Below are positions 51,863-60,717 of a stretch of DNA of 64,000 nucleotides, one piece after another. The position numbers and the translations under genes are program-made. The notes below the pieces were generated by a model. It made no database searches, was not told where the DNA came from, and was given only the letters and a program-made list of their open reading frames with translations. The stretch lies in the NCBI GenBank assembly GCA_035512695.1, contig DATKDL010000146.1:3547-67546 (forward strand), in the 5' to 3' direction. This DNA is from Anaerolineales bacterium. GTDB lineage: Bacteria > Chloroflexota > Anaerolineae > Anaerolineales > JABWBV01. Numbering within the stretch: position 1 is the stretch's first letter; each line of letters opens with the position of its first letter.

Positions 51863-52930
51863 ATGGCCCGAATTTTCGATATCGTCGAGTACCCGAATGA
51901 GATGCGCGATGAGATCGTGCATCGCTTCCCCGAGAGTGGTCCCGGAGATTTCCGAATCGGCTCCCAGGTGATCGTGCGCGAATCCCAGGCCGCCGTGTTT
52001 TTCCGTGACGGCCTTGCGCTGGACGTTTTCGGCCCCGGCCGGCACACGATCGCAACCGCCAATATCCCGCTGCTGATTGACAAGATCGGCGAGAAGCTCT
52101 TCAGCGACAAGACACCTTTCCCTGCCGAAGTCTATTTCGTTGCGATGCGGGAATTCCCCGACCGGAAATGGGGCACGCCACAGCCGATCATCGTCCGCAA
52201 TCCAGGGATGGGCCTCGGCGTTGCGCTCCTGCAAGGTTTCGGTACCTACAGTTTCCAGGTCACCGATCCGCAGCAGTTCGTCACGCAGGTGGTCGGGGCG
52301 CAGGGCGTCTACCGCACCAGCGACATCGAAAACCGCCTGAAGACGATCCTGCTCTCGAAACTGCAGGACTTGCTTGGCGAGACCGCCGCCAGCAACAGCG
52401 TCGTCGAGCTGATCGGCCTGACCGAAGAGCTCGGCGCCGGCGTGCGGGCGAAATCCCAGGACGATTTCCTGGCGGTCGGTCTGACCCTCAAAACCTTCTA
52501 CATCGGCAATCTCAAGCCCTCCGACAAATCGGCCGAGGAATTGCGCGCGATGGGGATGCTCGATATGACAACCTATACTCAATTGCAAGCCGCCGACGCG
52601 CTGCGCGACGCGGCACAGAACGAAAGCGGCGGCGCCGGACTGACGGCAGGCATCGGCGCCGGTGTCGGGATCGGCAGTATCATGGGCCAGGCGCTCAGTG
52701 GGATGACCGGGGCGGGACAGACCGCTGCCGGGGGCGCCGCGGCCGGTGCTGCATCCGGTGGGGGCGGCGGCACGCCGGATGTGATGACCCCGGCCGAAGC
52801 CGCGGCCGTCCTGCGAGTATCCGAGGAGGACGTGATCGCCGCCATCGAAGCTGGCGACCTGCGGGCCCGTAAACTCGGGAATGCATACCGGATCAGCAAG
52901 ACCGCACTGGACGAGTTCCTGGGCGGCTGA
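51863..52930 (+). CDS. SPFH-domain protein (YdjI/COG4260-like) with Gly/Ala-rich linker and C-terminal excisionase-type HTH
   Basis: 355 aa. N-terminus MARIFDIVEYPNEMRDEIVHRFPE...QVIVRESQAAVFFRDG is typical of this SPFH clade. C-terminus reads MTPAEAAAVLRVSEEDVIAAIEAGDLRARKLGNAYRISKTALDEFL. Confidence 0.7.
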   Translation: MARIFDIVEYPNEMRDEIVHRFPESGPGDFRIGSQVIVRESQAAVFFRDGLALDVFGPGRHTIATANIPLLIDKIGEKLFSDKTPFPAEVYFVAMREFPDRKWGTPQPIIVRNPGMGLGVALLQGFGTYSFQVTDPQQFVTQVVGAQGVYRTSDIENRLKTILLSKLQDLLGETAASNSVVELIGLTEELGAGVRAKSQDDFLAVGLTLKTFYIGNLKPSDKSAEELRAMGMLDMTTYTQLQAADALRDAAQNESGGAGLTAGIGAGVGIGSIMGQALSGMTGAGQTAAGGAAAGAASGGGGGTPDVMTPAEAAAVLRVSEEDVIAAIEAGDLRARKLGNAYRISKTALDEFLGG

Positions 52931-52951
52931 AATACCCCCCGATCGATAGAG

Positions 52952-52987
52952 AAAAAAGCCCCCGGCGAACCGCCGGGGGCTTTTTTT
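52952..52987. terminator. bidirectional intrinsic terminator (A6-GCCCCCGGCG-AAC-CGCCGGGGGC-T7)
   Basis: Read directly between convergent genes. Confidence 0.85.
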
Positions 52988-53693
52988 ATTCCGAGATGCC
53001 AGCCTCCAGGATGCCGGTCAGCGCCGCGAGCTGCTCGGGAGACAGCTTCCCTCCGCGCTGCTTGGCCTGGTCGCGGACCGCGTGCTTCAGGACGCTGATC
53101 GGCACGGTCGGCACAGGCGCATCGTCTGCGGCGATCTCAGCGCGTGGGTTCGTGAACACGAGTACGGGATTTGGATCGGGGAACTCGAGCTCGGGAAGCT
53201 CCTTCTTGAGGAACTTTTTCAAGGTGTCGATCTCCGCCCCGATTTCCAGGTCCGGCCGGCCGATGCCCTCCTGGGCGAAGATCCGCAGGTAGGAGAGGAA
53301 CACTCCGCCGCGCTGGCGCCAGCGCCTTTTTTCGTAGGTGATCCGGCCGCGCTGCGGCTTGGGGATCAGGATCCACATACCGGTCGGGCCTGCCAGGAAA
53401 TGCGGCGTCGGCGCGATGTAATGATAGAGGGTGTGCTGCCTGTCGACGCCTTTCAGGGCAGCGTTCAGCGCCTGATCCGCCCTCGGTGACCGGGCATAGC
53501 GGTTGCCGAGAAAAATGCCGACCTGGGAAAGCGCAAATCCGAGCAGGAGCGCCGCCAGCGAAAGCGGGACCTGCTCAGGGCGGACGAAGCTGATCACGAG
53601 CCCCGCAACCAGCAGGAGCAGGCCTGCCAGACTGGTGATCTGTCCCGCCCGTGCGTATTTCCGAATGTGCGTTTCGTTGGTTACGATCCGCAT
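52986..53693 (-). CDS. membrane protein (2 TM helices) with possible degenerate NERD-like domain
   Basis: Track ORF 52986..53918 trimmed to ATG 53693 (MRIVTNETHIRKY...), 1 nt after the fabF stop. The segment HFLAGPTGMWILIPKPQRG loosely resembles the NERD core. Confidence 0.45.
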   Translation of the reverse strand: MRIVTNETHIRKYARAGQITSLAGLLLLVAGLVISFVRPEQVPLSLAALLLGFALSQVGIFLGNRYARSPRADQALNAALKGVDRQHTLYHYIAPTPHFLAGPTGMWILIPKPQRGRITYEKRRWRQRGGVFLSYLRIFAQEGIGRPDLEIGAEIDTLKKFLKKELPELEFPDPNPVLVFTNPRAEIAADDAPVPTVPISVLKHAVRDQAKQRGGKLSPEQLAALTGILEAGISE

Positions 53694-53694
53694 G

Positions 53695-54957
53695 TCACAT
53701 CTCCCCGCGCAGATATTCTCCGACCACCAGGCACGCGTTCTGCCCGCCGAGCCCGAAGGAGTTGGAAAGAAAATTGCGCACCCTGTGCGCCCGAGCCGTA
53801 TTGGGAACATAGTCCAGGTCGCATTCCGGGTCCGGGGTCTCGTAGTTGATCGTCGGGGGCAGACACCGGTGCCTGATTGCCAGGATTCCGGCGATCGCCT
53901 CGAGGGCGCCGGCGGCACCGAGCGGGTGGCCGATCATCGACTTGGTGGAGCTCACCGGGATCGTATAGGCCAGTTCGCCGAATATGGCCTTGATCGCCCG
54001 GGTCTCGGTTGGATCGTTCACCGGGGTGGATGAGCCGTGGGCATTGATGTAATCGACCTCGTCCAGACCGACATTGGAGACCTGCAGCGCCCAGCGCATC
54101 GCCCGGATGGCCCCGGCGGCATCCGGGTCCAGGGCGGCGAAATGAAACCCATCGGCCGAGGATGCGTATCCCTTCACCTCGGCGTAGATCTCGGCGCCGC
54201 GGGCCAGGGCGTGATCTTCGCTCTCGAGCACGACCGCGCCGGCGCCCTCAGACAGGATGAAGCCCTCCCGGTTTGCATCGAAGGGCCGGGAAGCTTTCTC
54301 CGGACAATCGTTGAACGAAGTCGGCAGCGCCCGCATCTGCGAGAAGCCGGCCAGGGCGAAATCCCGGATGGCGGCTTCCGTCCCTCCAGCGATGATGACG
54401 TCTGCCAGGCCGCGCTCGATCTGGATCGCCGCCTCCCCAATGGTCTGGGTGCTCGTCGCGCAGGCGGTCGAGATCGTCGAGGTCACACCCAGGCACTGAA
54501 ACTCGCGGGCGATCACAAAAGAGGGCGCGTTCGGCAGCGAAGTCGCCGCCGAGAACGGGTCGACCCGGTTGAAGCCGCGCGTTTTCATCACTTCGATCTC
54601 ATCGACGATGCGTTCGATCCCGCCGATCGCGGTCCCGAAGACGACCCCCGCCCGCTCCGGGTCCGGCATGGTCCCCGGCAGCCCAGCGTCGCCGACCGCT
54701 TCCTGTGCCGCTGCCAGGGCCAGCAGGGATGACCGGGCCAGCCGGCGTGCTTCTTTGTGGGCGATGTAGTCCTCCGGGTTGAAATCGAGGACCTCACCGG
54801 CGATCCTGCAGGGGTAATCGTATTTGTCCAGGTCGACCTGGGTGATCCGCCGGATCCCGGAACGGCCGGCCGTGAGACCGGCCCAGTATTCGGCCACGGA
54901 TTTTCCGAGCGGTGTGACCGCGCCCAGACCGGTGATGACAGCTTTTGTTTTCGACAT
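53695..54957 (-). CDS. fabF: beta-ketoacyl-ACP synthase II
   Basis: 420 aa. Active-site ISTACATS, plus HGSSTPVND and GHPLGAAG. Confidence 0.92.
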   Translation of the reverse strand: MSKTKAVITGLGAVTPLGKSVAEYWAGLTAGRSGIRRITQVDLDKYDYPCRIAGEVLDFNPEDYIAHKEARRLARSSLLALAAAQEAVGDAGLPGTMPDPERAGVVFGTAIGGIERIVDEIEVMKTRGFNRVDPFSAATSLPNAPSFVIAREFQCLGVTSTISTACATSTQTIGEAAIQIERGLADVIIAGGTEAAIRDFALAGFSQMRALPTSFNDCPEKASRPFDANREGFILSEGAGAVVLESEDHALARGAEIYAEVKGYASSADGFHFAALDPDAAGAIRAMRWALQVSNVGLDEVDYINAHGSSTPVNDPTETRAIKAIFGELAYTIPVSSTKSMIGHPLGAAGALEAIAGILAIRHRCLPPTINYETPDPECDLDYVPNTARAHRVRNFLSNSFGLGGQNACLVVGEYLRGEM

Positions 54958-54967
54958 TGAAATCCGG

Positions 54968-55960
54968 TTATCCGAGTCCTTTTTCGATTTCTTCCTTCAA
55001 AGAGCGGAGCAACCCGACACGAACCGACTGCTCCGCCAGCCGCAGGGCGCTGACGATGGCTCTCGCCTCCGACCGCCCATGTCCGACGAATACCAGGCCG
55101 TCGATCCCGAGCAGCGGGACCGCCCCGACTTCGGCCGGGTCGAGCATCCGGCGGACCTCCCCGAAGGCCGGCCGCACCAGGAGCCCGCCGATCTTTGTCC
55201 GGGTCGATTTCATCATGCTCTCCCGAATATTTTCGACCAGCAATTTGGCAACTGCCTCGACGCTTTTGAGGAGGACGTTACCGGTAAAACCATCCATCAC
55301 GACGACATCGGCCTCTCCGGCGAACAGCTCCTTCCCTTCCACGTTTCCGATGAAGTTCAGGCCGCTCCTTTCGAGCAGCGGGTAAGCTTCCTTGACCAGG
55401 GTATTGCCCTTGCCGGCCTCCTCTCCATTCGAAAGTAATCCCACCCGGGGCCGGTCGATGCCCAGGACCGAGTTTGCGTAGACCGATCCCATCCGGCCGA
55501 ACTGCTCCAGGAATTCGGGCTTGCACTCGGCGTTGGCTCCGATGTCCAGCACCACGCAGCGGCCGGTTTTGACCGGGAAAAGGGCCGTCAGGGCCGGCCT
55601 TTTGACCCCGCGGATCCGTCCCAACTTGAACAGGGCATTCGCCATCGCTCCGCCGGTGTTGCCCATTGTGACGAAAGCGCCGGCCTCGCCGGATTTTACC
55701 ATTTCAAGACCGACCGCCATGGATGTCCTGCCGCGACGTAGATCGTCGCTGGAGATGTGATCCGTCATCGTGAACACATCCGGGGCGTGGGCGATCCGGA
55801 CGGTCCCGGCGCCGGCTGCTTCCAGCCGCGGACCGAGAACATCCTCCGGACCCGCGAGGATCAATTCACAATCGAGGGTGCGAGCCGCCAGGGCCACCGC
55901 CTCGATCTCAGGATCGGGGTGGCGGTCGCTGCCCATGGCGTCGAGTACGATTCGATTCAA
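54968..55960 (-). CDS. plsX: phosphate acyltransferase
   Basis: 330 aa. Begins MNRIVLDAMGSDRHP. PlsX-like throughout. SD GGAGG. Confidence 0.9.
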   Translation of the reverse strand: MNRIVLDAMGSDRHPDPEIEAVALAARTLDCELILAGPEDVLGPRLEAAGAGTVRIAHAPDVFTMTDHISSDDLRRGRTSMAVGLEMVKSGEAGAFVTMGNTGGAMANALFKLGRIRGVKRPALTALFPVKTGRCVVLDIGANAECKPEFLEQFGRMGSVYANSVLGIDRPRVGLLSNGEEAGKGNTLVKEAYPLLERSGLNFIGNVEGKELFAGEADVVVMDGFTGNVLLKSVEAVAKLLVENIRESMMKSTRTKIGGLLVRPAFGEVRRMLDPAEVGAVPLLGIDGLVFVGHGRSEARAIVSALRLAEQSVRVGLLRSLKEEIEKGLG

Positions 55961-55979
55961 TCAACCTCCGTTGTTGTCA

Positions 55980-56046
55980 GGAAAAATTGGAAATCGAGCG
56001 CCCTGCCCGGCTCCACCGGGCAGGGCGCTCGATTTCCAATTTTTCC
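55980..56046. repeat. perfect 31-bp-stem inverted repeat between divergent plsX and tRNA-Leu
   Basis: Arms 55980..56010 and 56016..56046 are exact reverse complements (GGAAAAATTGGAAATCGAGCGCCCTGCCCGG / CTCCA / complement). Confidence 0.9.
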
Positions 56047-56086
56047 AACTCACGACCTTTCAGTTCTCCCAGTCCGCTGTCCCATG

Positions 56087-56114
56087 TTGACAACAGCCTT
56101 ACCAAGATTATAAT
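56087..56114 (+). promoter_or_regulatory. consensus sigma70 promoter TTGACA-16 nt-TATAAT for tRNA-Leu
   Basis: TTGACA at 56087..56092 and TATAAT at 56109..56114. The tRNA 5' end lies 11 nt downstream. Confidence 0.65.
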
Positions 56115-56125
56115 ACGCATCCCCT

Positions 56126-56211
56126 GCGCTTGTGCTGGAACTGGCAGACAGGCATGGTTGAGGGCCATGTGCCCCTAGGGCGTGTGGGTTCGATTCCCAC
56201 CAAGCGCACCA
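56126..56211 (+). tRNA. tRNA-Leu (anticodon GAG), class II long variable arm, encoded CCA
   Basis: Acceptor stem GCGCTTG/CAAGCGC. D stem CTG/CAG. Anticodon stem CATGG/CCATG with loop TTGAGGG. Variable arm TGCCCCTAGGGC. T arm GTGGG-TTCGATT-CCCAC. 3' end ACCA. Confidence 0.9.
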
Positions 56212-56221
56212 GGTGAAATGA

Positions 56222-56272
56222 AAAAAAGAGAGTGGGTGTGCGGTCCAGGCCCGCACACCCACTCTCTTTTTT
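56222..56272 (+). terminator. hairpin, 22-bp perfect stem (A-run/T-run included) after the tRNA
   Basis: AAAAAAGAGAGTGGGTGTGCGG / TCCAGGC / CCGCACACCCACTCTCTTTTTT. Confidence 0.85.
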
Positions 56273-56293
56273 CCTCGCTCCCGGCTTAAGCGT

Positions 56294-56299
56294 TACAAT
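56294..56299 (+). promoter_or_regulatory. -10-like TACAAT, 7 nt upstream of ATG 56307 (leaderless candidate)
   Basis: cgttacaataaacgagATG read directly. Confidence 0.35.
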
Positions 56300-56306
56300 A
56301 AACGAG

Positions 56307-56711
56307 ATGACGTCGATATTCCCCTCCCCAGAATGGCTCAACGACCTGCACAACAATCTCAATTCGGACTCCAAATATGGGGAGGTGGCGCGTAAATGGG
56401 AGGGAGATATCAGCCTGATCATCGAAAGCGATGTGCGCTTTCGGGACACGGTGATCCTGTATCTGGACCTCTGGCACGGCCGTTCGCGGGCCGTCGAGTA
56501 CGTCGTCCACCCGGACCAAAAACCGGCCGCGTTTGTGATCTCTGCCCCGTTCTCGAATTGGCTCCGAATCCTACAGGGCGACCTCAACCCGGTCCAGGCC
56601 ATGGCGACGATGAAGCTTAAGGTGCGCGGGAACATGGCTTACATCATGCGGAACGTCCCGACGGTCCTCGACTTCACCCGGGTCGCCCAGGAAACCCCTC
56701 ACCACCTCTGA
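56307..56711 (+). CDS. SCP2 sterol-binding-domain protein
   Basis: Track ORF 56232..56711 trimmed to ATG 56307. Sequence MTSIFPSPEWLNDLHNNLNSD...WLRILQGDLNPVQAMATMKLKVRGNM. Confidence 0.7.
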   Translation: MTSIFPSPEWLNDLHNNLNSDSKYGEVARKWEGDISLIIESDVRFRDTVILYLDLWHGRSRAVEYVVHPDQKPAAFVISAPFSNWLRILQGDLNPVQAMATMKLKVRGNMAYIMRNVPTVLDFTRVAQETPHHL

Positions 56712-58532
56712 ATGCTTCAGCCGATCCTGAAGGTCGACCTGACGACCCGTACGATCCGTGAAGGACCGGTTCCGCGGGATTGGGTGCGAGACTATTTCGG
56801 CGCCGCCTCGCTGGCCGCCCGGATGCTCTACGAGCACCTTACCCTCGATCTCGATCCCCTTTCTCCCGAAGCCCCGCTGCTCTTCCTGAATGGCCCACTG
56901 ACCGGGACCGCCGGTCCGGCCGTCGGGCGTTTTGTGATCTGCGCCAAATCACCTGCGACCGGACTGTGGGGCGAGGCAAATATCGGCGGGTTCTGGGGCC
57001 CCGAGCTCCGCCGGGCCGGGTTTGACGGGCTTTGGATCACCGGTGCGGCCGAGGCGCCGGTCTACCTTTGGATCCGGGATGGGCGTGCCGGGCTTCACCC
57101 GGCAGACCACCTCTGGGGCGCGACCACGTACGGGGCACAATCGGTGATCCAGCAAGAACTTGGCGAAACCGGGACTCGGGTCGCATCGATCGGTCCGGCC
57201 GGTGAGAACCGGGTCCCATTTGCCCTGATCCTCTGCGACCACGGCCGGGTAGCCGGACGGACCGGGATGGGGGCGGTGATGGGGTCGAAAAACCTCAAAG
57301 CCGTCGCCGTGAAAGGCTCCGGGGAGGTCCCGCTGGTCGATTGGGCAGCGTATAAGCCGGCCCGGTCCGCCGCCAACCGGGCGCTTCGCGATCACAACCA
57401 ATCGGTCGTACTCAGAGACCTCGGGACGGCCAGCGGCGCCGAGTATTTCGATTACCTGGGCGAACTGCCCAAGAAATACTTTCAAAGCGGGGTGATGGGG
57501 CCGGGCTACCACGCCTCCGGCTGCACCGTTTCGGAGACGATCCTGGTCGGTGTCAGCGCCTGCCATGGCTGTGTCATCGCCTGCGGTCGCGTCGTCGACC
57601 TCGGCGACGGCCGCGGCCGCCGCAAGGGCGCCGAATACGAGACGATGGCCGGGTTCGGTCCGAACCTGATGATCGAAGATATCGCCGCAGTTACCCGGCT
57701 CGGGGAGCGCTGCGATGAATTGGGTTTGGACTCGATTTCGGCGAGCAACGTGATCGGCCTGGCGTTCAAATTCTACGAAGAGGGGCGCATCACCCCGGCC
57801 GACACCGGGGGGCTCCCACTCAAATGGGGAGATCCCGAGGCGGCGGCGGCCTGCGTTGAGGCCGCGGCAGTCCGAAAGGGTTTTGGCCGGTTCCTGGCGC
57901 TCGGCGCTCGCGGGTTCGGCAGGTATTTTGGCGCCGAGGAGGCTGCCGTCCAGGTCAACGGCTTGGAAGCTGCCTACCACGACCCGCGCGGCGCATCCGG
58001 GATGGCGCTCAGCTATGCCACCTCGCCGCGCGGCGCCTGCCACAACCAGTCGGATTTCTTTTTCGTCGATGTCCTCGGCCAGACGGTCGATGGGCTGGGA
58101 CTGACCTTTCACTCCCGCCACGCCGGCGCCGAGAAGGCGCGCGACGTCGCCATTCATCAGAACTGGCGATCGGTGAACAACGCGCTGGTGCTGTGCATCC
58201 TCGCCGAAGTCCCGCCGGACAGTATCCTCCGGCTTCTCAACGCCGCATTGGGGATCGATGAGACCCTTCCAGGCCTGCTTCTGGCCGGGGAGCGCGCCTG
58301 GAACATCAAGCGCGTCATCAACCATCGCCTCGGTCTGACTGGGATGAACGACCGCCTGCCCCAAGCTTTCCTCGAACCCATGCCGGACGGGGGATCGGCC
58401 GGTTTCACCCCGGACTTCACGGGCATGCTCAGCGCATATTACCAGGCCCGCGGCTGGGACCCCACCAACGGTCGCCCTGCCCCGGAAAAGCTCGCTTCAC
58501 TGGGTCTGGAATGGGCCCTCCCCGATCCGTGA
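56712..58532 (+). CDS. aldehyde:ferredoxin oxidoreductase family (tungsto/molybdopterin) enzyme
   Basis: 606 aa. The AOR N-terminal domain pattern (ILKVDLTTRTI..., GPLTGT) and length are consistent with the family. The ATG directly abuts the upstream TGA. Confidence 0.8.
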   Translation: MLQPILKVDLTTRTIREGPVPRDWVRDYFGAASLAARMLYEHLTLDLDPLSPEAPLLFLNGPLTGTAGPAVGRFVICAKSPATGLWGEANIGGFWGPELRRAGFDGLWITGAAEAPVYLWIRDGRAGLHPADHLWGATTYGAQSVIQQELGETGTRVASIGPAGENRVPFALILCDHGRVAGRTGMGAVMGSKNLKAVAVKGSGEVPLVDWAAYKPARSAANRALRDHNQSVVLRDLGTASGAEYFDYLGELPKKYFQSGVMGPGYHASGCTVSETILVGVSACHGCVIACGRVVDLGDGRGRRKGAEYETMAGFGPNLMIEDIAAVTRLGERCDELGLDSISASNVIGLAFKFYEEGRITPADTGGLPLKWGDPEAAAACVEAAAVRKGFGRFLALGARGFGRYFGAEEAAVQVNGLEAAYHDPRGASGMALSYATSPRGACHNQSDFFFVDVLGQTVDGLGLTFHSRHAGAEKARDVAIHQNWRSVNNALVLCILAEVPPDSILRLLNAALGIDETLPGLLLAGERAWNIKRVINHRLGLTGMNDRLPQAFLEPMPDGGSAGFTPDFTGMLSAYYQARGWDPTNGRPAPEKLASLGLEWALPDP

Positions 58533-58547
58533 TCTCGAAGGCAGCCA

Positions 58548-60191
58548 ATGAAAATCGTGACCCTTTCGGAAATGCTCGCGATTGAACGCGCGGCCGATGC
58601 GGCAGGTCATTCGTATGCGGCGATGATCGAGGAAGCCGGGCGGAGCCTGGCCGAGATCCTCGAGGCGCGGTTCGGCGAACACGCTGAACGGCGCCTCCTG
58701 GCTTTGGTCGGGAAAGGGAACAACGGCGGCGATACCCTGGTGGCGCTTGAACATCTCGCGCGGAACGGCTGGAGCGGATCGTTCATCACCGCCGGCAGGC
58801 CTGTGGACGACCTGGTACTGCGCGCCCGTGCGGCCGGTTGGGAAGGGATCGAATGGCCGGCGGAAGACCTGGTCGAGAAAATTGCCGGGGTCGACATGAT
58901 CCTGGACGGACTCCTGGGGACCGGGATCCGGCTTCCGCTGCGTTCGCCGGCTGCCGATTTGCTGCGAGCAATCCATGACGCCCTGGTGGGCCCTCCCCGC
59001 CGCGCTCATCCGGGGTCCCGGCAAGGTGGTCTCGCACGAAACCTCCTGATCGTCGCCGTGGATACCCCCTCCGGCATAGACTGCGACACCGGCGAAGCCG
59101 CTCCCGAGACGATACCGGCCGCGGTAACGATCACGATGGCGGCCGCCAAGACCGGTTTCTTCAAATTCCCCGCGGCGGACCTGATTGGTGAACTCAGCGT
59201 AGCTGGGATCGGTCTGCCGCCGGACCTGCCTGAATGGGAGGCTGTCCGGCTTACGGCACTCTCGCGCGGACTCGTCCGGGAGTGGCTTCCGGAGCGGCCG
59301 CGAGACGCACACAAAGGCACCTTCGGCACGGCATGGATCGCAGCCGGATCGGTGCGCTACCCCGGGGCGGTATTGCTGGCCTCCCGGGCGGCTTTCCGGA
59401 TCGGCGCGGGCCTGGTGTCCACCGCCTGCCCCGATCCTGTCTACAGGCTGCTGGCGGGCCATTTTCCCGAATCGACATGGCTGCCGCTTCCGGATCAGGA
59501 CGGCGCACACACGGCCGCGGGCGCCGAGATGCTGCTCGACGGGATGGACCGGGCTGATGCGCTGCTGTTCGGACCGGGGTTCGGTCGGGCTGAAACAACC
59601 CTGGCGTTCGTCAACCGGCTGCTTGCGGATCCGGCCCGTCTCCCACCGCTGGTCGTCGATGCGGACGGCTTGTTTTTGCTGACCGAACTGGCGGATTGGC
59701 CCGCTCGGCTTCCGGCGAACACGGTCCTGACACCGCATCCGGGTGAGATGGCCGGTCTGACCGGAATGTCTGTTGAGGCGATCCAGGCGACCCGGGTCCA
59801 GACCGCCGGGAAGTACGCAGAGGAATGGGGGCAGATCGTGGTCCTGAAAGGCGCTTTCACCGTTGTTGCAGCTCCTGACGGGAGGGTGAGCATCGTCCCG
59901 GTGGCCTCTCCAGCGCTGGCTCGCGCGGGGACGGGGGATGTCCTGGCCGGGATGATCACCGGTTTTCGGGCGCAAGGTCTACCGGCTTATGAAGCCGCCG
60001 CCGCCGGCGCCTACGTGCATGCCCTGGCAGGGGAGCGGGCGGGATACGCCCTGGGTGACTCCGCCGGGGTGCTCGCTTCCGATATCATCTCCGAGATCTC
60101 GTTTATCCTGGCAAGCATCCGGCCGGCGCGGCGCAAGGCCGCCCGGTCGAATGGAAGGTTATTTCGGCGCAAGATCTCACCGCCGGCGTGA
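58548..60191 (+). CDS. nnr: bifunctional NAD(P)H-hydrate repair enzyme (epimerase + ADP-dependent dehydratase)
   Basis: 547 aa. YjeF-N (GKGNNGGD) and YjeF-C (HKGTFG, GTGDVLAG) motifs. Confidence 0.88.
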   Translation: MKIVTLSEMLAIERAADAAGHSYAAMIEEAGRSLAEILEARFGEHAERRLLALVGKGNNGGDTLVALEHLARNGWSGSFITAGRPVDDLVLRARAAGWEGIEWPAEDLVEKIAGVDMILDGLLGTGIRLPLRSPAADLLRAIHDALVGPPRRAHPGSRQGGLARNLLIVAVDTPSGIDCDTGEAAPETIPAAVTITMAAAKTGFFKFPAADLIGELSVAGIGLPPDLPEWEAVRLTALSRGLVREWLPERPRDAHKGTFGTAWIAAGSVRYPGAVLLASRAAFRIGAGLVSTACPDPVYRLLAGHFPESTWLPLPDQDGAHTAAGAEMLLDGMDRADALLFGPGFGRAETTLAFVNRLLADPARLPPLVVDADGLFLLTELADWPARLPANTVLTPHPGEMAGLTGMSVEAIQATRVQTAGKYAEEWGQIVVLKGAFTVVAAPDGRVSIVPVASPALARAGTGDVLAGMITGFRAQGLPAYEAAAAGAYVHALAGERAGYALGDSAGVLASDIISEISFILASIRPARRKAARSNGRLFRRKISPPA

Positions 60192-60290
60192 GCTACGTTC
60201 CTGGATACGGGTTCGAACGCTATATGTCGCGAAGCCCGCGCCGGCCGTTGGCCGGAAAACAGGACCCGCAATTCCTCCCCCCAAGCGATT

Positions 60291-60650
60291 TCAGGCTTCT
60301 GCCGATTCCTCTTCGCCTTCGTCCGACGATCCGCCGCGCCCAACGGCCTTTTTACCGGCTTCCAGCGCGGAAGACAGCTTCTCTTTCTGCTCTTCCAGGA
60401 CGACCTGGCCGCGCTTTTGGAGATCGGCTGCTTTGCTCTTGGCCGAATCGGCGACCTCGCCGGCCATGGTCCGGACTTCTTCGGCCTTTTCCGCGGCCAT
60501 ATCGCGCAGTTCGATACCTTTTTCCTTGATCACCGTGCGGGTCTCTTCACCGGACTGCGGGGCCATCAGCAATGCGACCGCCGCGCCGACCAGACCCCCA
60601 ACGACAAAGCCGCTTAAAAACGCCCCGAAATCGCTGTCTCGATCTGACAT
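60291..60650 (-). CDS. YtxH domain protein
   Basis: ORF 60291..60692 trimmed to ATG 60650 after SD AAAGGAGA. Sequence FLSGFVVGGLVGAAVALLMAPQSGEETR. Confidence 0.8.
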   Translation of the reverse strand: MSDRDSDFGAFLSGFVVGGLVGAAVALLMAPQSGEETRTVIKEKGIELRDMAAEKAEEVRTMAGEVADSAKSKAADLQKRGQVVLEEQKEKLSSALEAGKKAVGRGGSSDEGEEESAEA

Positions 60651-60717
60651 GGTCCATCTCCTTTGATTACCGGGCTGACGATCGTCGTTCACCCGGGATC
60701 CTTCTCTCTTTTAGAGC

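Noticed and set aside
571-56272. Interpreting the long palindromes as MITEs, REP elements or CRISPR-like repeats
   Set aside because: The stems share architecture but not sequence. They have no terminal inverted repeats with target duplications, no regular spacing, and no adjacent cas or transposase genes.
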